Assembly (NCBI GenBank): GCA_964616615.1 | Contig: CAZTRJ010000003.1 | Location: 1-46,866 of the forward strand | Source of the DNA: an uncultured Dehalococcoidales bacterium | GTDB lineage: Bacteria > Chloroflexota > Dehalococcoidia > Dehalococcoidales > DAOVUZ01 | Length of the DNA stretch: 46,866 nt | Direction: 5' to 3' | Shown: piece after piece, positions 33,326 to 42,600 of the stretch | How positions within the stretch are numbered: the first letter of the stretch is position 1 | Layout: each line of letters begins with the position of its first letter | The notes under the pieces: generated by a model | Databases searched by the model: none | Seen by the model: the letters and a program-made list of their open reading frames with translations, nothing else | Told to the model about the DNA's origin: nothing | Position numbers and translations under genes: made by a program

Positions 33326-34326
33326 AGAATCAAATCTCGGTGCTTTTCGGCAAAATAAACAAATTCCTGCGTTTCTCTAACCGGTAACTCCGCTCTAATA
33401 GCATCCCTTACCAGCAACACGGAGAATTCCTCAGGTAAAAGGCAGGCGTATTCTATAACTCTGGCAGTTTTCCCCATGTCCTCGCGGGCATAACAAACCA
33501 GGGCCGACACCAGAGAGTAGAGCAGGTCCGGACTCTGTGGAACCAGGTCCTCTCCGTTGAGAATCATCTTTGCATCCGGAAGCCGCTCTGTTGCCCGCAG
33601 GTAAGCCAGGAATTCAGTCGCCGCACCCACGCCGATAGCACCGGCTACATCCGTTTTGCTCTCAAGCCCTATAGCCAAAATCTCGGAGACCCTCTCCCAA
33701 CTTCGAGGTGTGGGAAAAGCGTGTTCCATCTTCGCCGGGTCGAAGCGAAACAGCAGGTCAGGTTTGAAGCTTAAAAAACCTATTACCCTGGAGTCAATCT
33801 GATTGGCATACGCCCATTTTTTCCAGTCATCAAGATTGGTTTCAACTTCCCAATGGATGAACCGATTGGCTAACGGGGCTGGCATGGGCACGGTATAGGC
33901 TCTGTCGGTGGACTTATTTCCCGCCGCCACCACCATCCACCCATCCGGCAACACATACTCCCCGACTCTGCGGTCCAAAATAAGCTGATACGCAGCCGCC
34001 TGTACTGAATGAGGCGCCAGGTTCAGCTCGTCCAGGAACAAAATGCCCTTTCCGCTTTGCGGCAGGAAACAGGGTGGCGACCAACTGACCGTTCCCCCAT
34101 CAAACCTGGGCAGCCCCCTAAGGTCAACGGGGTCAAGCAAGGTCAACCGCAAATCCTCAAAATCTATTCCCTCTTCCTCACAGATTTGCTTGACAATGTC
34201 AGACTTCCCTATCCCAGTGGAGCCCCATAAAAAGACGGGCGGTGAGTTTATTCTTGCCCCCAGGCAAAAACTCACCATATGCCTGAGCACCTCCTTAACC
34301 TCGTTAATGCTTTTGGTAGCGAGCAT
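33322..34326 (-). CDS. MoxR/AAA_5-type AAA+ ATPase
   Basis: Walker A GSTGIGKS, Walker B ILFLDELN, sensor region VVAAGN, LANRF motif. The start lies 2 nt after the pylB stop. Confidence 0.8.
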   Translation of the reverse strand: MLATKSINEVKEVLRHMVSFCLGARINSPPVFLWGSTGIGKSDIVKQICEEEGIDFEDLRLTLLDPVDLRGLPRFDGGTVSWSPPCFLPQSGKGILFLDELNLAPHSVQAAAYQLILDRRVGEYVLPDGWMVVAAGNKSTDRAYTVPMPAPLANRFIHWEVETNLDDWKKWAYANQIDSRVIGFLSFKPDLLFRFDPAKMEHAFPTPRSWERVSEILAIGLESKTDVAGAIGVGAATEFLAYLRATERLPDAKMILNGEDLVPQSPDLLYSLVSALVCYAREDMGKTARVIEYACLLPEEFSVLLVRDAIRAELPVRETQEFVYFAEKHRDLIL

Positions 34327-34328
34327 CT

Positions 34329-35399
34329 TTATGAACTCTCCTTTTTATTCCGCCGCTTTTCCTTCTTAAGCCACTTTTGGTACCCTGATACCGGGGCTAC
34401 CCTCAAACCCGCCTGCTCAATCACCGGGGTCACCACCGACACCGTCCGCAGCCCGTCTTCAATACCTAGCTGAGACCTGGATACCCCCGCCAGTCCATAC
34501 CGCGGTGGTATCATCGAGGTCACCACATTGGCTCCGGCATCTAATCGAGCCTTAAGCCCCTCAACCCCATCCACATCCAGCGAGGCTGGTATCAGTCGGT
34601 CGGGAAAGCAAATACGAAATGTGGCAATAGTTCGTAATTCATTCAGTGAATCCGGCGCTTGCCAATCAGCCATCGGGGTGCCACGCTGAGGTCTGAAGGT
34701 CATCGCCCTCACCTGGCTGGCACAAAGGCTTTCTATGGCTTTTACCGCCAATGCCCCGTCAGCGGGGCTGTCTCCTACCCCCAGCAGCAGCCCCTCTTCA
34801 ATAAGCAATCCAGCCCGGCGGGCGTGCACCTTAGCTACCAGACGCCTATTAAAATCCTGCTGTATACGCAAGCGGGCAAAAAGACTTTCATTGAAAGTTT
34901 CCTGATAACAGGCATACCAATCCACCCCCAGGCGGGCAATTTCAACCAAAATCCCCGGTGTTAAAACGCCAGGGGAAACCATAACTGATAGCGGGACAGC
35001 CTCGCGCACCTCATCCACCAATTCCAGAAGCCTCCCCCCACCCCCCTCCAGGTAGTAAGGGTCCTCCCCCATAGTCAAATCCAGCAGGTGAACCCCATCG
35101 GCGGCTAATGCCCGGGCGACATCAAGTATGACCTTTATGCTTTTGCGATAGCGAGGCGAGGCGCTGTTGCCACACCGATAAAGACAAAAATTGCAGTGGT
35201 TTCGGCAGTAGGTGGATAAATAGACAAAACCGTAAAGAAAAACCTCCTCGCCGAAGACACGCTCCCTCAGTGTCCGGGCAGTGGCAAAGAGGCTATCCAG
35301 GGGTTTGCCCGGCGGTGTGGCTAAAAGCGAAGCCACCTCTACTTCATCCAGGGGCTGCCCGCACAAGGCCTTTTCCAAAATGGGTTCAATAGTCCTCAT
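34329..35399 (-). CDS. pylB: methylornithine synthase PylB (radical SAM)
   Basis: By-eye alignment with Methanosarcina PylB: VFLYGFVYLSTYCRNHCNFCLY (CxxxCxxC), DLTMGEDPYY, YQETFNESLF, RLIPASLDVDG, AGANVVTS. Confidence 0.88.
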   Translation of the reverse strand: MRTIEPILEKALCGQPLDEVEVASLLATPPGKPLDSLFATARTLRERVFGEEVFLYGFVYLSTYCRNHCNFCLYRCGNSASPRYRKSIKVILDVARALAADGVHLLDLTMGEDPYYLEGGGGRLLELVDEVREAVPLSVMVSPGVLTPGILVEIARLGVDWYACYQETFNESLFARLRIQQDFNRRLVAKVHARRAGLLIEEGLLLGVGDSPADGALAVKAIESLCASQVRAMTFRPQRGTPMADWQAPDSLNELRTIATFRICFPDRLIPASLDVDGVEGLKARLDAGANVVTSMIPPRYGLAGVSRSQLGIEDGLRTVSVVTPVIEQAGLRVAPVSGYQKWLKKEKRRNKKESS

Positions 35400-35508
35400 A
35401 GTTTGAGCACCTGCTCCAAACCAGCCCGAGTTTATGAATTACGACGCCGCTGAAATAATATTATTAACTCAATTAAGAGTTGAGTAATTCTCACTACTCC
35501 AAATATCC

Positions 35509-35537
35509 ATTATATCACTTAGCTGTATGGTTGAACA
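35509..35537 (-). promoter_or_regulatory. possible extended -10 promoter for pylB
   Basis: On the - strand: TGATATAAT (TGn + TATAAT) with a weak -35 (TGTTCA). An inverted repeat ACTCAA-N-TTGAGT (35464-35487) lies in the leader. Confidence 0.3.
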
Positions 35538-35607
35538 AAAATCTCACACATACGAGCCTGGCACATAAATAAACCAGGCAGTTAACCTAGTCATACTCCT
35601 AAACACA

Positions 35608-35641
35608 TTCGCCCACCGCCCCAGAAGGGACGGTGGGCGAA
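35608..35641 (-). terminator. hairpin terminator downstream of mtmB
   Basis: TTCGCCCACCG / CGGTGGGCGAA, an 11-bp GC-rich stem 23 nt after the mtmB stop. The trailing U tract is only moderate (TGTGTTT). Confidence 0.5.
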
Positions 35642-35663
35642 CCTCAAATCAAGAGCAAGCTTT

Positions 35664-37046
35664 TTATAGCTTAAGCTTGAACCCGCACCCCTCAAAGGTC
35701 TTTAAGGCTTTATCCATTACCTTGATATACTCATCCGTAGGCGACAGAGAAGCTACATCGTAGCACTCCTGGAAGGTCTTGCCCTTTGGTGCCGTCTTGA
35801 AGTTCTTCTCATAGAGAGACACCAGCTTGTCTAGAGCGACATTGACCTTTTCCAGAGGCTCCCCGGCGACGGCTCGGCTGGCATAAGCCATAAAGCGTGA
35901 TTCCATGGCAGTGGTGTAGTCCCGAGCAACACCTTTTGCCGAGGCATTACCACTAATAATCTCACGCCCGGCGGCAGTATCCGTAACCGCCTGAGCCGCT
36001 GCCTCCAGCAAGCACATCTCAGTGCATGGACCAGCTGAAGTATAGTACTGGTTACCCAAAAGCAGATGGGTATTGCGATCCAGAGCCCGACCACAGTAGC
36101 CGGCAACCATCAACACCTCCCTGGCTGTTGTGTTGCCCCAGCGCACATGAATCGGTCCGTCCAGATGCCAGTCAGCTCCCACTAATAGGAAAGCTCCCAA
36201 ACTGGTGGCTACGTCAATGATGGTGGTCTCCTCGACCCCTCCTGCCCAGCCACCGAAGATGGGCATCTGCTCACTCATAACTATGCAACCGCCTAACTTG
36301 TAGTGGGCGGTGAAGGTAAGGGCATTAATGTCAATCTTGAGCTCATTAAGCTGACTTACCTCGTGGCTATCACTTGGCCGCATGCCGCCCTCAAAATCAG
36401 CAGCTAAAACGCCAGCCGCCGTCAGCGAAGTTTCATTCCCCTACATCGCCATCCCGGGACGACCAGCCCGCTGCTGTGCCATACGGATTCCGTATGCTTC
36501 CTGTTTGACAGCAGCTATCTCATACGGGGAGCCAGGCTTGGGTTCGTGCCCGTTCCAGGTAGCCACAACACCGTCAACGATGGAATCTACCAAGGGCTCC
36601 CGGGCATACGCCTCCATCATCGGGATAAAGATGTTCTCCGATACCGGAGCCCCGGTCGGACCACCCTGATTAATGGGTGGGCGGGGGTCATCAAATGTCC
36701 GTGACTTCATCTGCTCCGAATCCTTACCCTCACCTAGCGTGAGGCAGTCAGGAGCCGCCGCTGCCCCCATCATAACCTCGTCCTCGGTGTACTTGCAGAC
36801 ACGACAGGTATCCATGTTGAAATAGCCCTGTGTTACGAGCATTTCAACACCGGCACGGAACAAACGGTCACAGAGGTCATTGTCAGTCGGGACTATCTTG
36901 CTCCTGTCAAATTGAAGCTTATACTTCTCCTTCAATGCATGTGCCGTTTTGAAGGTGAGTACTTCATCCCACTCTTTCTCTGTCACCCTGGGGCCGGTGC
37001 GCATTCGGTCGTAGGTCTCAAACACGCCGACCTTTTCCCTAAACAT
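35664..37046 (-). CDS. mtmB: monomethylamine:corrinoid methyltransferase MtmB with in-frame UAG (pyrrolysine) at codon 202
   Basis: ORFs 36441..37046 and 35664..36383 are in the same frame. They are joined through TAG (36443-36441) plus 19 codons. The read-through gives GRPGMAM-O-GNETSLTAAGVLAADFEGGMRPSDSHEVSQLNELKIDINAL, which matches M. barkeri MtmB GRPGMGV-O-GPETSLSAQGNISADCTGGMTCTDSHEVSQLNELKIDLDAI. 460 aa in total. AGGAGG RBS. Confidence 0.92.
36441..36443 (-). other. recoded amber codon (Pyl) inside mtmB
   Basis: + strand CTA equals TAG on the - strand, at the position homologous to the pyrrolysine codon of archaeal mtmB. Confidence 0.9.
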
Positions 37047-37129
37047 TTATTTTCCTCCTTTTAATCTTTCGGGCTGGCCACGCCGCAAAAGCCGTTTGCT
37101 TTCCCTCCTCTCAGTTTATTATCTGGTTA

Positions 37130-37768
37130 TTATCCCAGTAGTTTCCTGGCTACCGTCACCGCCTCGGCCCCATTCTCGGCCCATCCGTCAGCGCCAATCT
37201 CTTTTATCCACTCCGGAGTCGTTGGTGCCCCACCAAACATGGTCTTGAATTTGTCGCGAACACCTCGTTCCTTAAGGGCGGCAACAATCTCCCGCTGGGA
37301 AAACATGGTCGTGCTCATAAGAGCTGAGCCAGTAATCATGTCAACCTTCTCCTCCTCAGCCACATCACACACGTGCTCTATGGGAACATCACGACCCAGG
37401 TCCACCGTCTCAAATCCGCTGGCAGTCAACAGGATTTTCACGATATTTTTGCCAATATCATGGATATCCCCTTCCACGGTATGACAGATGATCTTGCCTT
37501 TGGCTTTGTAGCCTCCCTTAATAAGGGGCTTCAGGATTTCCACCGCTTCGGTAAAGGCTTCGGCTGAGATAATAATCTGGGGAACAAAGACCTCCGCCTT
37601 ATCAAACAAATCGCTGATAACATTCATACCTGCCCCCAACCCCTCGTCAATGCACTTCATAAGGTCCAGATTCTCAGCCGCAGCCTCTTTGGCGGCTGCC
37701 TTAGCCCCATCCACATCCTGCTCAACAATAGCCTTCTTTAACTTTTCCAGAATTTCCTTCTCGGCCAT
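37130..37768 (-). CDS. mtmC: monomethylamine corrinoid protein (B12-binding)
   Basis: DxHxxG motif GDIHDIGKN, SALMSTTM, GGAP. Lies immediately upstream of mtmB, as in the archaeal mtmCB arrangement. Confidence 0.85.
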   Translation of the reverse strand: MAEKEILEKLKKAIVEQDVDGAKAAAKEAAAENLDLMKCIDEGLGAGMNVISDLFDKAEVFVPQIIISAEAFTEAVEILKPLIKGGYKAKGKIICHTVEGDIHDIGKNIVKILLTASGFETVDLGRDVPIEHVCDVAEEEKVDMITGSALMSTTMFSQREIVAALKERGVRDKFKTMFGGAPTTPEWIKEIGADGWAENGAEAVTVARKLLG

Positions 37769-37805
37769 CTCTATCTCGTCTCCTTTCGTTACTTTGGGTA
37801 CTATT

Positions 37806-37835
37806 TAGAAACTAAAGTTACTACTAGAAACTAAA
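37806..37835. promoter_or_regulatory. 11-bp direct repeat pair upstream of mtmC (candidate regulator site)
   Basis: TAGAAACTAAA at 37806-37816 and 37825-37835 (19-bp period), 38-67 nt upstream of the mtmC ATG. Confidence 0.4.
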
Positions 37836-37886
37836 CTGACAGAGCACCTCCTTTCCTCTTTAAGCCCCCTGCTCAGGGGCCCTAAC

Positions 37887-37920
37887 GTCCTTTTTGCTTC
37901 ATTCAGCCAGCAAAAAGGAC
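37887..37920 (-). terminator. hairpin terminator after the Amt gene
   Basis: GTCCTTTTTGC / GCAAAAAGGAC, an 11-bp stem directly after the amt stop. A second GC hairpin GCCCC-N7-GGGGC lies at 37864-37880. Confidence 0.5.
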
Positions 37921-37934
37921 TAAAAATTTATTTA

Positions 37935-39116
37935 TTAATACGGTTCCTGCCTGCCGGGCTCCAAATCGAAGATCTCGGAATCGTCCACATCCAGCGCTGG
38001 TCTCGGACTGCGGCACAGAACTCCAGTGATAACACCGACTACTATCATAATCACTATAGCGCCGAGCAAAGCCCAGACCTGCACCACACCAGCAAACAAG
38101 ACGGCACATATCAGAGCACCAAAAATACCACCGACCCCGTGCAGGTTCTGCACCCCCATCATATCTTTCACACCAAAGATTCTTTCGCTAGCGGGCTGCC
38201 AGTACTTAAAGCATAAGACTGATATGGCACCTGCTGCCACACCAATGATAAGCCCTGCCCATGGTCCGACCAGGTCACATGTTGAACCAATAGCAACCAT
38301 GCCGCACAGCATAGCATAGGTGTAAATCAGGGGGTCAACCTTTTTATCTATCATCCAATTCACTACATAGGCAGCAACTGCCGCACCAAAACCAGACATG
38401 TAGGTGACTATGGCTACGTCAACCACTTGACCCGGTGCCAGCAGGACTGTCACGAAGGATGGCCACAGTATAAACAGCAACATCGACGCCAGCCAGACGA
38501 AGCTCACACTGTGGGTAGTAATATCCATCGGCGCCGTTAGAGCTGACTTACTCCGAATCCCATGAATCATCCCAAAGCCAAAGGCCCATGCCGCCGCATG
38601 AACCACAATGGACCCGCCAGCGTCAAGAACGCCTACCAGGAACTCAAACATAAACCACTCCATGAGTAGAAAAGCGAAGGGGAAGGTTATCCCCATGATA
38701 ACATAGTGACCATGTTTTACCTGCCCCAAACACACCCCGATGGCTATCACCAGCGTTATCGACATAACGATGCCCATTGCCAGGAAGTCAACAGTCCACC
38801 CTGTTGGCATTACCGAAAACTGGTTGGCAAAGACAACAGTCTTGAGAAAAGCATACACCGGTAAACTAATACACAGCGTCAGCATAGTTGCGAGGCAGAC
38901 TATCCACTCCATCCTCTTAACAAACAACATCAAAAAGGCAACTAGCATGTACATAAAGAAGATATTCTGCGTCCTTTGCCACATTAAGTTGTCTATTATC
39001 TCTACATCTAGAATTTCCTGAGCAAAAACAGTAACTGGCTGGACTATCAGCGCTACCACTGTTGCCGCTACTAACAATCCAAGCCATATCACCTTCCGTG
39101 ATTTCAACACTTTCAT
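37935..39116 (-). CDS. Amt/MEP-family ammonium (methylammonium) channel
   Basis: Signal-like N-terminus and about 11 hydrophobic segments. LDAGGSIVVH corresponds to the DFAGGTVVH signature, and the second His context is NLHGVGGIFGAL. Confidence 0.7.
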   Translation of the reverse strand: MKVLKSRKVIWLGLLVAATVVALIVQPVTVFAQEILDVEIIDNLMWQRTQNIFFMYMLVAFLMLFVKRMEWIVCLATMLTLCISLPVYAFLKTVVFANQFSVMPTGWTVDFLAMGIVMSITLVIAIGVCLGQVKHGHYVIMGITFPFAFLLMEWFMFEFLVGVLDAGGSIVVHAAAWAFGFGMIHGIRSKSALTAPMDITTHSVSFVWLASMLLFILWPSFVTVLLAPGQVVDVAIVTYMSGFGAAVAAYVVNWMIDKKVDPLIYTYAMLCGMVAIGSTCDLVGPWAGLIIGVAAGAISVLCFKYWQPASERIFGVKDMMGVQNLHGVGGIFGALICAVLFAGVVQVWALLGAIVIMIVVGVITGVLCRSPRPALDVDDSEIFDLEPGRQEPY

Positions 39117-39271
39117 ATCACCTCCGTCTCTTGTCTATAGATTTTGACTCCGGCGATCCAGCTAACTATATAAATTTCATAATCACCTCCTCCCTCATAA
39201 ATTTCGAGGAGTTTCACCGGGTTATCGCGAGGTTTTCAAATTGGCAAATAGATATAAAACAACTTTCCATC

Positions 39272-39300
39272 ATCCTAGAATAAATCAGAAACTTTGTCAA
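39272..39300 (-). promoter_or_regulatory. promoter-like element upstream of amt (P1)
   Basis: On the - strand: TTGACA, a 17-nt spacer, then TAGGAT. Embedded in the motif TACTTGACAAA. Confidence 0.35.
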
Positions 39301-39400
39301 GTAACTCCTAGGTTATGTTCAATAGATTTCACATCACTCTCTCTTGCCCATAGACTCCAGCGAGTTATCGACTTTTTAAGTAAATATGAGGTAAAAAAGT

Positions 39401-39429
39401 ATTTTAAAACAAATCAACAATTTTGTCAA
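39401..39429 (-). promoter_or_regulatory. promoter-like element upstream of amt (P2)
   Basis: On the - strand: TTGACA, a 17-nt spacer, then TAAAAT. Carries the same TACTTGACAAA motif as P1. Confidence 0.4.
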
Positions 39430-39510
39430 GTAGGAGAGGGTTTTTCAGATAACCCCAGCCTCTTTAGTCCACAGGCATTTTCTGCCCCACAGCTAAGCCA
39501 AAGGCAATTG

Positions 39511-39540
39511 TTGTTAAATAGCCCCTTTTATTGCTATAAT
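39511..39540 (+). promoter_or_regulatory. promoter for tRNA-Ala
   Basis: TTGTTA, an 18-nt spacer, then TATAAT (39535-39540). The tRNA starts 14 nt downstream. Confidence 0.55.
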
Positions 39541-39553
39541 ATTTTTGGTAAAT

Positions 39554-39629
39554 GGGGCTGTAGCTTAGCTGGGAGAGCGCCTCCCTTGCACGGAGGAGGT
39601 CGGGGGTTCGAGTCCCCCCAGCTCCACCA
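39554..39629 (+). tRNA. tRNA-Ala (anticodon UGC), CCA encoded
   Basis: GGGGCTGTAGCTTAGCTGGGAGAGCGCCTCCCTTGCACGGAGGAGGTCGGGGGTTCGAGTCCCCCCAGCTCCACCA. It has the G3:U70 alanine identity pair, anticodon loop CTTGCAC and T loop TTCGAGT. Confidence 0.95.
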
Positions 39630-39646
39630 AGACTTAGCCTCTTCCT

Positions 39647-42600
39647 TCAGGTTTGAGAGGCAGAAGCCCCTTTGTCAAGCCGGTTCCTGTGTTCGCAGCA
39701 CTGATGGTAAAATGCCTCAAGCCTTATCTCCTGCCCCGGGTCCCTATTACCATCAACGATAAGGTTGAACACGGGGAGTCCATGTTTGCTGCGAAATTGG
39801 TGTAAGAGAACGCTGGCAACAGTGCCGGGCATACAGCCGAAGGGTATAACATTGACCACACCGTTAAAACCATGTTCAGCATATTCCACAGCGCGTCCCA
39901 AACTTAGAATCGCCTCACCCCCCGTTCCGTCGATTAGATAGGTGTTGCCCCGAGCCACAATCTCTGATGCCGGTAGTTCACGGCCAAAATGCTCCAGAGC
40001 CCCATCAAACTGCCGCCTCAATTGCTCAACCGCCCTTTCCTGGACCAACTCGGCTAACTTCTGCTTGGCATATCTCTTCCACTGCCAATTAAAGCGATAC
40101 TCAAGTCTTCGTTCATAATCAATGTAATCTAGCCACTCCTCAAACGGCGGCAGTGAACATTCGGCACCAAGGGCTTCCAGCTTGCGAACAATAAAATCAT
40201 TGGCGAATTCATTATCACGAGTGAAGATTTCTCCAACCAGACCGATGCGCGGCTTACGAACACTTTTATCAACTTCTATCGCGTCAAAGGCATTCCTGAT
40301 GCGTCTAGCCAAGAGCTCCAAACCACCACCGCCCTCCTCAACAATTCCCACCAGCGACTGCATCCCCTCCTGGTAAACGGCATCGGCTTCCCCTTGGTTA
40401 ACTTCATAGGGACGCCTTTCAAGAAGCATCTTCTGCATTAAGTCCATAATGATAAGCCCTCGCCAGGCAAGCAGTTTGAAGCCCGAACCTACACGGGTAA
40501 CATGCTGCTGATAATTCCTGCTCTGGTCAAGGACAAGGATTGGAACTTCCTCCAAGCCAAGCTCATCAAGGACAATTCTATGGAGTCGGTTATATTGCCC
40601 GAAGCGGCATGGTCCGCGGGCGTCAGCCATAAAGAAGGCAGCCCGGTGGGGGTCAAAATCAGAGGAAAGGGCTTTTTTAACCATATCACCAGTGGTGATG
40701 ATGGCAGGGTAGCACTCTTTGCCACTGGTATATTTCCTGCCGAGTTCCAGGGTGAGTGTGTCTGCCATAGGTAGTGGTTCAGCAACAACCCGGTAGTATC
40801 GCATCGCCGCCGCTACAACGTATCCATGGTCTAACATATACGGGACGTATACTGTTCTACCATTGGCATAGCTGGGAACAAAGCTAGGTACTATGATAGG
40901 CTTCCTTATACCTCGAGTTCTAGCATTGCGTATAGTATCAAGGAATGCCTCACAGCGGGTAATAATACCAACATCAGCCGAGTGCTCGTCAATTTCTATG
41001 GTAAGAAAAGGCTTGCCCTCAGTCTCCTTGGTGAAAAACTTCAGTAGATAAGAATCAGGACCACAGCTAAAGTTAGTCACGTAGAGTCCAAACAGCCGCC
41101 GGTCGGCGGCAATCATTCTGGCAGCAGCCAGAATTTTCTGCCCTGACTTCCAATACATATTGGGATGGACTGAAGTAACCTCCCTGGCATAGGCCTTCAG
41201 GGGTAGAAAATCCAGGGGAATCGCCAGCACGCCAAGTTCACGAAGCTTTTCCGGCAAATTCAGCATCACTCCCGGGTCACAGGTATTATAAGGTCGCCCA
41301 ATGATAACGATAGCCTTTTCGTCAGGCTTTAACTGCGCCAGCACCTCCTGACCACGCCTTTGCTGCCATTGGTTAAATGAATCAAGGGCGGCAAAGCCAG
41401 CATCAACAGCTTCCCCCAGCAACCTTCGGTTGGTAATGCCCATCTCACGCCCCAATCGGAACAATGCCTTACGCATCCACCGGTGACCCCGGTCAAGATA
41501 AAACACAGGACTGAGCACCCTTGGTCCGCCATCACGGGATGCCCCTCCAATCTGGATAGAACTGCGAATGGTAAACGGAAGACCCTGGGTCAGCGGACAG
41601 TTCCATGACCTATCAAAATCTTCACTCAGTTTCTCCATGGAGCATTGAGCGGGCAAGAAAAGGAAATCAGCGCCTTTTTCCAGCAGGTTTAGCACATGTC
41701 CGTGGGCAACTTTTATCGGGAAGCACGGCTCCTCGACAACATTCTCCACACCCTGACGGATAATGTTGCGATTGGTCGCGTCAGATACGACCACCTGAAA
41801 GCCAAGTTCGGTGAAAAATGCCTTCCACAGCGGGAACAGCTCGTGGAAGAATAAGGCTCTAACGATTCCAACTGTCTTACCATTAGGAGAATCCGGGCTA
41901 TCCTTGGGATAGGCGCCCATCAAGGCTTGGTGCCGCTCATCAAAAAGCCGCGGGATTGTTGATGACTGGCACTGTTGCTTCTTTTTCGGGCTATCATATT
42001 TACCGCAGCGCGAACCATAAAAGAGCGGCGCCTCATCGCCAAAAATAACCTGGTGAATCTCGCACCGATTGGGACAGCCCTGGCACTCAAACGATGAAAG
42101 CTCGTATTTTCTATCCCTGAGGTCGAAGCCCCGGAAGCCTGTCCTGCCCCCGCTCCTGTCCATTTCCTCCATCGCCAGCATCGCCACCCCGATAGCCCCG
42201 AGGATGTCATGATGGGGGGGAACCAAAACCTTCTCGCCGAGCACGCTTTCAAAGGCTGCCTTGACTGCCCGGTTGAACGCCACCCCCCCCTGAAAAAGTA
42301 TGTGATTGCCGATGCGATGGTCTTCTACCACCTTACTGAGGTAGTTCTTGACAATAGAATAAGAAAGACCACCGAGCAAGTCTTCCTTTGCCGCCCCTTT
42401 CTGTTTGTAGAAATTAAGCTGGGACTCCATAAAGACGGTGCAGCGCTGACCTAAGTCCAGAGGTCGTTTTGAAGCCAGCGCCCTGGCGCCAAATTCCTCA
42501 TCGATATTGATGGCTAATTTTTCCGCCTGCTCCTCAAGGAAGGAGCCAGTCCCGGCAGCACATACCTTGTTCATAGTAAAATCAACAATGGTACCATTCT

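Noticed and set aside
36340-36440. PYLIS-like stem-loop immediately 3' of the mtmB UAG
   Set aside because: I found only an imperfect palindrome (GGCGGCATGCGGCC) and no convincing extended hairpin by eye. It needs a folding program, and a PYLIS element is not required for Pyl insertion.
39241-39762. 173-aa + strand ORF
   Set aside because: It reads straight through tRNA-Ala (39554..39629) and an A/T-rich promoter region, so it is not a plausible protein.
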